The notes beneath the pieces were generated by a model. It worked only from the letters and a program-made list of their open reading frames with translations, did no database searches and was not told where the DNA came from. Positions 55,101-64,000 of a stretch of DNA of 64,000 nt are shown piece by piece; position 1 is the first letter of the stretch, and every line of letters begins with the position of its first letter. Origin of the DNA: Phoronis australis (Eukaryota > Animalia > Phoronida); assembly GCA_002633005.1 (NCBI GenBank), contig NMRA01000274.1, positions 415,143 through 479,142 on the forward strand, in the 5' to 3' direction. A program made the position numbers and the translations under genes.

Positions 55101-58100
55101 ACATGGCCAGGACGACGAGCAGAAGTTTATACAGAACCTTAGTCTCTTTCTCTGTACCTTTCTCAAAGAGCACGGCCAGTTGATTGAGAAGAAGGTCGAT
55201 CAACGAGATAATCTCTTAGATGTATGTATGAGTGTTCATTATTGTCGGAGTTTGGAATTGAACGTGTCTGCGTTCAGTTGTGTTGCGTTTGTCACGGTTG
55301 GTTGTACGAGGTCAGCATTGTAAGGCTTGCTTTTGGACAGTTACATATAATTAGTGATCTGTTTGAATGTCTCTTCAGTAATTAAGAATGTGAGTTGATT
55401 ATTTTCAATCGCTTGCAATATCCACATTTTCGTTTAGTTTTTGCTGGCCTAACCTGTTGAATGACTATTTTGTCTCTAACCGTTTTGCAGCAAATGACCT
55501 GACAAAGGGTGAACTTACAAAGTAGCGGGGTGAAGAGAACTCTGCCCAAAATTTCAAAAAAATATCCCAAACTGTTCCATACCTTTGTCTGGCAGGAAGG
55601 CTTTTTGTACGAAGGAACTTGTCCAGAAGTATTCAAGTGTGTGAGCGAAACACTGATATTTTCCACAGGCGCTCAAGTACCTGATCTTGATCTCGGAGGT
55701 GGACGAGACAGAGATCTTCAAGATTTGTCTGGAGTACTGGAACAGTCTGGCGGCTGACCTGTACCGTGAGAGTCCCTTCAGCTCCAGCTCGTCTCCCTTG
55801 CTGCTCGGGCCCAAGTTGGCTGAGATGCCGGCACGTCGACAGATCTACAACCCTGTCTTGTCCAAGGTGAGTCGAATGGGGAACATTCTGTGTGCACTTG
55901 CATGCTGTTGAAGATTCTCATTCTAGCAAGCTTGCATTTGGTCTAACATAGACTCTAAACGTACTGCTGTTAGACACTAACGGTACTTGACTATTAGCGT
56001 TAATAGTGTGTTCCATGCTTACCTTTCGTGAAGTGCAGTATTTTCATTTGCACCTGGGTGATAACCAGTGTCACTAGTCCTTGTGTTCCCGGTCGTCATT
56101 CCTTAACAACCGAGTTGGTGAATATTTAAATTCAGGACCTTGATTTGCTAGTAATCTAATGTTTGTTGGGAATATTCTACTATGTTAATTTAATGTGTGG
56201 TCTACTGGCAATGCAACTTTTGTTCGCGGGATGGCTGATTTCAGCTCTGGGAAGTGTTTTATAAAGCAAGTGTCTTGAGTGTTAAGAAGGATCACACAAG
56301 TTTTTCAAAGGTATTGCCATATGTTGCAAGTGGAGCACGTAATCAGACCAGCTGTTATTCCTGAATGGCTGCTAATAGTGAATGCGCTTAAAGTCCTGAC
56401 ACCTGACCTCCCCAGAACTTTACTGGAGACTTCAAAATTGACCAACCTCGTTGCATGCTTCCACTAAACTTTCAGATTTGATGAAGTGATAATATAATTT
56501 TCTAGTCGAGTTTATGTTTATCTTGTTGCTCTTAAGCCCAATTTATCTACAGAACTTTATCGTACTGAAGTCGTTAATGGTGTGTGTTTGTGTGTAGGTG
56601 AGATCGGTGATGATCTCGCGCATGGCCAAGCCTGAAGAGGTGCTCGTGGTGGAGAACGAGCAAGGTGAGGTGGTCCGTGAGTTCATGAAGGACACGGACT
56701 CCATCAACATGTACAAGAACATGCGGGAGACGCTCGTCTACCTAACGCATTTGGATTACGCCGACACGGAGAACATCATGACTGAGAAACTGACCAATCA
56801 GGTTAACGGCACCGAGTGGTCGTGGAAGAACCTCAACACGGTAAGTTGCCATGGTGATTGCACGTGTACCTGACTTTCACTGTTGACTAATGAGATCAGT
56901 GGCACCTAGTCGCCGTGGACCAATCTCAGTATATTGCTTAACCATGGTAACACCATGTTATGCTGACTCGCACTGTTGGCTCACCTGGTCAGTTATCATG
57001 GGAAAACCTAGTAAGTGCAATAAGTTGCCATGGTAACTTCATTTGCTATTCGGGTGAACAGCACAGAGATGCCATGGGAAAATCTCGAGGTGTGCCTCAG
57101 ATCTGATTAGTCAGCAAGTGTAACATTTATGACGGAGTGATTTCCAGAAACCTAATGCGTGTCCAAATGTCCAAATGCCTCTTGACCCACGAGTGGCATG
57201 CCTTGTCTCAAATGGTGGTGTATTCGATGTCTTACTGTTTTTGCACGTAACATACTCCAGAGGTGCCGATGGTTTGTGCAGAAGTTGTTATCTGGTTTCA
57301 GCTATGCTGGGCTATCGGCTCCATCAGTGGCGCCATGCATGAGGAGGACGAGAAGCGCTTCCTGGTGACCGTCATCAAAGATCTGCTGGGCCTGTGTGAA
57401 CAGAAACGTGGCAAGGACAACAAAGCCATCATCGCCTCCAACATCATGTACGTGGTTGGACAATACCCACGCTTCCTGCGCGCTCACTGGAAATTTCTCA
57501 AGACCGTTGTCAACAAATTGTTCGAATTTATGCACGGTAGGTCTGCACTCGTGGCTTGCTAGTATTGGGCCTCGCACATGCATTGAGTCATTTCAAAGCA
57601 GGGATTTCATGTGTTATTTTATTTTCAAAACTCTTATTGCCAGTTTAGTCCCTGTTGCCCATTGATCCCTCATTTATTTGGTTGAAAGCAAAGTGAGTCC
57701 ACTTTTTACCTGCTCGTATCTGGGCAGTCTAGTCCACAGTTTATTTTTGGAATGCTTGCTTCATTCACGCATTGTAATTCCATTATGATGACTAAGTATT
57801 GCATACAGTGTGTCCCAAACTCACCCCCATCTTTAAGGCTTCATGTGCCATCTGATCCTTAACGGTATTTTTCCTGTCTCTCAGCATAAAGTTAGCGCTG
57901 TTGCTTGTCTTGGCCATAGTGTCAACACAGTGACTGTTAGCACTTACAGTCTAACTTCAACGGAATTTTGTTATGTTAGATGTATTGGGCTAACCAGATA
58001 GTCCTAGCAAAGCCCTAGTAAAACGAGAAAACTCGAGTTCAATCACGCAAATGTAAGCCTGTCAAATGATAGGTGAAGCTGCCTTTTCGTGCCATGTTGC

Positions 58101-61100
58101 ATCACCGCGAGATCCCAGCACAAATAATAAGAAGGCTGATAACACTTGTATTGAATAGGGGTCTGAATAGAACACCATTGCATGTGGGTGTTATTCGCAG
58201 CTGTTTGAATTAAAAGGTGATTCTCGCGATGACGTAGACAAAAGCAAGCCAATACGCCAAACAGTTCATTACATTTGGCAGTTTATGGCACTAGTGGGCT
58301 CGGAGCGATGCTCTGAACATAGCGTTAGAACCAAATTTACAGGTATTACTATTGGAGATATGCTTTAAGTGTAAAGCTGACCTAATTTTGGAACATGCTG
58401 ACCAGCAGGTGTGACTGTAGAAAAACACCAGAAATATGACTCAGCCTGACCCAGATCTATTTTGAGATAAGAAACTGGGTGTACTGCCCATGTCGCATGT
58501 GATGTCAGGTCACCTATTTCCGGACAAGCATGTCACGAACTGGGAATGCTAAGCTTTTTAAATTGCTAAGATAAAACCCACCAAACTGTTGTTAGCTAAA
58601 GAAGAGATTAGAGTTGGACTCCTTATCTACTGAATGCATGGTTACAATAATACAGCAACTTTGACCTGAGAGACTGCACTTCATGCAGTCGGGGTTCCAC
58701 TTGAATGAAAAATGCAGTGTTGCAGTTGAACTCAAAAAGACATTAATCCTTTGTGGTATTTATCTTTTCATCATTTTATTGTGGAAATAAACAAAACGAG
58801 CTCAAACTTGCACCCACTCTAGTATCATCTCAACGTAAACAATATTGCAGAATGCACAAGGAAATAAAGGATTATTATTATTATTATTTTATACTCTGGG
58901 AAGGGGGGAGAGGAGTAAATTAGGTCAGTTGTAGAAAACAATTTGAAATTGAGAACTTGCTTGTACTAAAATCTACCTGTGATCAACTTTATATATGAAG
59001 GAAGGAAAGATACCCTTTGGTATATTTACTCAAGGGTTATTCCTCAGTATCTGTTCCCTGCGTTTCACGCAAACTTACTACGAAATTCATTTCCACTAAA
59101 CTCTATTGAGAGGGACACTCATATCTTCAATATAAGGTGACAAAGATTGCAGACCAACAAACTGAACGGAGACTCCGTTACGCGATATTTTTTTCTTGTA
59201 ACTAAGGGACTAATATTGGTGAGCCGCCCTCAAATAAACCTGGGTTACGTTCAATTTTTAATATTTAAATTAGCGACAACGTGTGACTTGACATGGTCTG
59301 TATTGTTGTTCTATCAGAGACCCATGATGGTGTGCAGGACATGGCGTGCGACACGTTCATCAAAATCGCCCAGAAGTGCCGGCGTCACTTTGTCCAGGTC
59401 CAAGTGGGTGAGATCATGCCATTCATTGAGGAGATTTTGTCCAACATTAATACAATCGTCTGTGATCTACAGCCGCAGCAGGTATGAACTGCAGCCACAG
59501 CACAAAGCATGAATCTGTTGAAAGCACGAGGGCCTATTTCATTGCGTTGCCTGACAGGAGCATTCTGTGATGTGTGTTTTTCTTCTTTGCACCATTCATT
59601 TGTCTACGTTAAAGATAACTCGTAAGTGCAAGAGCATGTTTACGACACAGATGTTCGGATGCTCTTAATCTAAGTGTCATTTTCACAGTCATTAAAATAG
59701 AATTTGTTAAATGGATGACACTTTTCTACCTCCACAGGTTCTGTTGTCTTGTTATATTCTTAGCTTGTCGGTGTCAAGTTTGTCACATCAATTTCGGTCC
59801 CAGAATGCCCAAGACTGCCCTAACAGGTTGCTGAAATGGCAAGGGATGGGCTGAAACACACATCTTTGTCAATAATGTTTTGAATGACCACCATACTGAG
59901 GTTTTTATTGGGGTTTTTCCCTCGTCATTCTGTTGCCCTTGACCCTCCTGTTATGATGGGAGTTGGTTTCTATATGTACTAGATTGGTAAGAACGATGTC
60001 CCTCACTGTTGTCAAACTCGTGTTTCTTTGATAGGTACACACTTTCTACGAGGCCGTGGGTCTCATGATCAGTGCCCAGACTGACCCCGGGGCACAGGAG
60101 CGACTGATTGAGAAGTATATGAACTTGCCCAACCAGGTGTGGGAATCCATCATTAAAAGAGCATCGGAGGTGAGAAACAGGGCTGATGGAGTTGGAGGGA
60201 GTGAGGAAGCGGGGGACGGCTTTAATACTTGTGAATCCCAATGTTTTTGTCCTGGCTTCAGATCAGTGACTTGTCCATCTCATCTTCTGAGGGAGATGTT
60301 ACTTGTTACATCTAGTCAGAGTGCCCATGTTAACTCAGAGCATTGGTCGACAAGATTGTCTTGTTGGTGAGCATCACACCACCATTCTGTCCGGAAACAA
60401 AGGCTGTTTTGCAGAAATTACCTTTGGGATGAGTCACGTTTGGACTGATGCAATTTAGTAAAGACGTCTGTTAACGTTGCATGTTTCGGATGTTAAGAAC
60501 GGAAATCCAATATGGATGCTGACATTGTCAGTGAACGATATTATGACTGCTTTGCACATGGCCTATTCACAAAATTGTTGAGTATCTCAAAGGTATATGA
60601 CTGGACTTCTCAACTGTGTAAGTGTCCATATTCTTAAAAGTGGGAATTGTACTTAAAGGTTACCGGTGAGGAGACATTTTTCACTACTACCATAATCTGT
60701 GATCAAAGTTATGCAATGCTAATGAGTTTGAAAGCACAAATTGGTGCAGTAATGAACAATTTTGTGAATCGTGCTCTGTTGTCTGCGTCTTACTGCTATG
60801 AGCCTGATGGCTAATGGTAAATCTCTGTACAGTTTTTTGGGACGATGCATCTGCTGAGTGACGTGGCATTATGCCAGCACCTAGCCGTCTGCTATTCTGC
60901 GAAAATGTTACGTGTGTTGCCTAACACTGCCCCCAACACGAATGCTGACTGTGAAGTGTGGTACTTGTTTCTTTCAGGATGTGAGTTTTCTGAGGACAGA
61001 GGAGGTTGTGAAGCGATTGGGGAACATTCTCAAGACCAATGTGAGGGCCTGCAAGGCTCTGGGCCATCCTTACGTGGCGCAGGTGAGTTCTAAGATTGTT

Positions 61101-63926
61101 TGATTTAGGCACATTGGGAAACCTTAGGTGGGCTTGGTTCCTGTTCTGTTGCCATGGTGATGAAGACAAGAAACTAACTAATATCTATGGGAGATTTTGG
61201 GATGGTAGGTGTTCAACTGTCTCCCTTGAGCAAAAGTGATTCTGTCCAATGTGCAGCCACTATTAAGTTTTGAGCAGTTCTATGTCAGTCTATTGGCACA
61301 AAGTTTTGAATCGTCTGTTTGTTTCGTTCCAGTTGGGAGGTATCTACCTAGATATGCTCAACGTTTACAAGGTGATGAGCGAAAACATCAGTAGCGCCAT
61401 CTCGGCCAACGACGAGAATGTGACCAAGACACCTCTAATTAAGGGAATGAGGACAGTAAAGAAAGAGACGTTGAAGCTCATCTCTGGCTGGGTCAGCCGC
61501 TCCGCAGACCCAGAGATGGTGAGTTTGTTAGTGGGAGTACAGGGGGGGGGGGGGGGNNNNNNNNNNNNNNNNNNNNNGGTGGGGGTAGTGACAGTGGTGG
61601 TAGATAAATGAGACACTGAAGCTCGTCTCTGGCTGGGTCATCTACTCAACAGTTTCGTGGACAGTGAAGCAATGGAGATAGGAGCAGTAACTTTCTATTT
61701 TACTGTATTGGTATATTTTGATGTATTTGTATTTTTGATTTTTGCAAAGTCTGTCACCACTCGCTGTAGCTGGTTTCCAACACAAGTCTTCAGCTGTCAT
61801 GTTTCATTTGGTGTGCTTAGTTAGTGTGAGTTAATGCAGTGTGGAACAGTAGCTCCACCGTGTGTCGTATTCTGTAATTACAATTTCCTTCTGGTTACTA
61901 GGTCGCTGATAACTTCATTCCTCCCTTGTTGGATGCAGTATTACTCGACTATCAACGTAATGTGCCAGCTGCTCGGGAACCGGAGGTTCTCAGTACAATG
62001 GCCGCTATTGTCAATAAACTTGAGGTGAGTGTGCCTATTTAAAATCTTACTCGTATTACAAATGAAATTGTTTTTATAATTAATTGTCTTGTCTCGTCTC
62101 GTCTTGTTGGCTGATGCTGTGTTAAAAGTATTATTTGTTTGGTCAAGTTTGTATCATTGTGCAAATTATTAAAAGCATTTTTGTTGCCAACTTGTGCTCT
62201 GTACTTTCAATAATAATTCAGTTCATAATATCTAGAACAATGTCTCATGGTGCTCACTCACTGGTGGGAAAAGGTGTCTAACTTCCTTGTTCTGCTTTGG
62301 AGTGGCAGCCACTCTAAAGTTAGGTGAATCATAATCCAGGGGTGTGTCCAATTGATATTTCTCGAACGACATGTCAGGGCCCTCTCTCGCTGAGGAGAAA
62401 TGTCCTAAAACTTCTGAATCTGCAATGTTTGTTTGTTTGTCTGCTATGGGTTGATAAACACTCCAGAATTACCCGAATAATGATAACTAATAGGTGACAA
62501 AATTTGTTCGACAGTCACAGCTCTCTTAAGAAACGTTGTCGTGTTAATTACAGGGTCACATTACGAAGGACATCCCCAAGATTTTCGACGCCGTCTTCGA
62601 GTGTACGCTAGAGATGATCAACAAAGACTTTGAGGAGTACCCGGAGCATAGGACCAACTTCTTCCTGCTCCTGCAGGCTGTCAACTCACACTGCTTCAAG
62701 GGTGAGCCACTCCTCCCCGTTGGTGCTGCCCCCATTTGGGGTTAGAATTCATATCAGACTGATGAGATCACTTGTCATCTGATCTCATCAGTCTGATACC
62801 AGTCCTATCACCATTCGCAGTATCATTCTTGGAAAACTGCTTGATCACTTATTGTTAATCAGCGATGAGAAGTCGCATCAGTTATCACGATTGACGGTAA
62901 ACCTTACCTGGAAAATTATATCAGCCACTAATATTGAATTCTTATCAGCTAGTCATATTATATCATATTCTGCTCATATGAATTCATGTAAAAATTGTTC
63001 ATTATCAGTGATCAGTGAAAATTGGTTGTGCGCAAGGGCCCTTTTGTTTTGAATACATTTCTTATTGAGTGATAGTCCTTCAGCAAAATAGTAACCTTGC
63101 CCTGCTTTTCCTGGTGTGTTGAGAAACTCACAGTGGACTCCCTCTGTACGTTATTGTCAATACTTTCAGCCTTCCTCAACATCCCACCAACTCAGTTTAA
63201 GCTGGTGCTCGACTCCATCATCTGGGCATTCAAGCACACTATGCGTAACGTGGCAGACATTGGCTTGCAGATTCTCCATAACCTTCTACAGAACATTGCC
63301 GAGGAGCATGTTAATGACGCCCAAAGCTTCTACCAGACTTTCTACACGGACATCCTGCAACATCTGTTCTCTGTGGTCACCGACAGTTCTCACACGGCCA
63401 GTAAGTAGTCGCTTTGCGATTTTCTTGACAATTGGTCAGGGAGGTCCGGTCAAACACGCCTGGGTTTGACCAGAAACAATAGATTGTCAGTTTCGGAGAT
63501 AGAACCAGCATTAGATAGCTGAAGTTTAGTAAATATTCAATTCTTTCGCTTACAAAGAATTGATCAAAATATTTCATTTGAATGTTTTTATTAGACTGCA
63601 AACATGTTTCAAAATAAAATTCCACTCGTCCGCCATGTTGCACATTCACTATGTAAAGAGTTACCCTAAGTGGGTGCACTGCGCTGAGTATATTTCAAGG
63701 TCCCCCCATTGCTCAAGTGGTCTTGATGACATGTTCCTAACTGCTGTGTCCTGATGCTACCTACAGGTCTGACGATGCACGCTACCATTCTGTCGTACAT
63801 GGTCAGCCTTGTGGAGATGAACAAGATCACGGTGCAGCTGACTGCCAACCAGACGGAGTCCAATGAGGTGTTTGTCCGTATGTTCCTCGCTAACCTGCTC
63901 AAGGCTGCCTTCCCCCATCTCAACGA
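49187..63926 (+). CDS. XPO1: Exportin-1 / CRM1, 19 coding exons in the window (~992 codons), 3' end beyond the window
   Basis: Exons: 49187-49315, 49661-49835, 50605-50711, 51562-51677, 53298-53532, 54114-54168, 54560-54633, 55063-55221, 55669-55866, 56598-56840, 57302-57536, 59318-59481, 60035-60169, 60978-61082, 61333-61518, 61902-62024, 62554-62701, 63170-63400, 63767-63926. Diagnostic peptides are [61 protein letters not shown] (leptomycin-B Cys codon at 57395-57397) and [21 protein letters not shown]. Confidence 0.99.
52700..53252 (+). ncRNA. Unclassified ~550-nt multibranched RNA structure in XPO1 intron 5
   Basis: Nested helices: 52700-08/53220-28; GGGACTTCTGTG 52739-50/CACAGAAGTCCC 53198-209; 52758-67/53148-58; 52836-53/53120-36; 52886-93/53041-48; a 16-bp helix 52915-30/53025-40; 52930-41/53000-14; 52950-55/52986-91. 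The G-U pairs work on the sense strand. Confidence 0.6.
53511..53803 (+). repeat. Tandem repeat, 4 x ~74 bp, spanning the XPO1 exon 6 end and its 5' splice site
   Basis: Unit CATCAGTACACTTATTTACAAG|GTAGCTCT...GCAGTGCTGTT starts at 53511, 53585, 53659 and 53730. Confidence 0.95.
56845..57082. promoter_or_regulatory. Cluster of RFX X-box-like motifs in XPO1 intron 11
   Basis: GTTGCCATGGTAAC at 57024-57037 (canonical), GTTGCCATGGTGAT at 56845, TTAACCATGGTAAC at 56938, GTTATCATGGGAAA at 56992 and GATGCCATGGGAAA at 57068. Confidence 0.5.
57885..58535 (+). ncRNA. Unclassified multibranched RNA structure in XPO1 intron 12
   Basis: Helices: 57893-901/58319-27; 57901-10/58236-47; 58098-112/58222-36; hairpins at 57918-44, 57950-80, 57983-58020, 58057-74, 58165-96 and 58300-16. 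A second domain is closed by ACATGCT 58393-99/AGCATGT ~58528-34. Confidence 0.5.
62752..62798. repeat. Perfect 19-bp inverted repeat with a 9-nt loop in XPO1 intron 18
   Basis: TATCAGACTGATGAGATCA-CTTGTCATC-TGATCTCATCAGTCTGATA. Confidence 0.95.
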
Positions 63927-64000
63927 GTAAGTGTCTGTGGTGCCCGTCTGTAGAAAAGTGTCGCGTGTTAGGGTTAACGTCAGAAACTGAATGTAACGCT

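Noticed and set aside
62752-62764. 13-nt identity TATCAGACTGATG with miR-21
   Set aside because: The seed region (TAGCTT) is absent and the flanks are unlike pre-miR-21, so this is coincidence.
63967-63978. GTTAGGGTTAAC as a telomere repeat or telomerase template
   Set aside because: It is only ~1.5 repeats at the window edge with no supporting structure visible.

Overview
AT-rich, intron-rich animal (probably invertebrate) genomic DNA with several N gaps. Four spliced genes were reconstructed by hand from GT-AG junctions and protein similarity: COQ6 (minus, 12 coding exons, ~480 aa), FAM161 (plus, head-to-head with COQ6), a ZNF410 orthologue (minus, six C2H2 fingers, ~467 aa) and XPO1/CRM1 (plus, head-to-head with ZNF410, running off the window end). 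As recalled, this order joins the two human neighbourhoods ZNF410-FAM161B-COQ6 and FAM161A-XPO1, suggesting a pre-duplication block. The most unusual signal is in the three longest XPO1 introns, which carry large nested sense-strand RNA helices. Two of them overlap strong cryptic 3' splice sites that would introduce an early stop codon, giving a candidate structured-intron/poison-exon autoregulatory system for exportin-1. Other features are an RFX X-box cluster, a tandem repeat that multiplies a splice donor, MITE-like elements, and four duplications flanking N breaks that are probably uncollapsed haplotypes. All folding and homology calls were made by eye.
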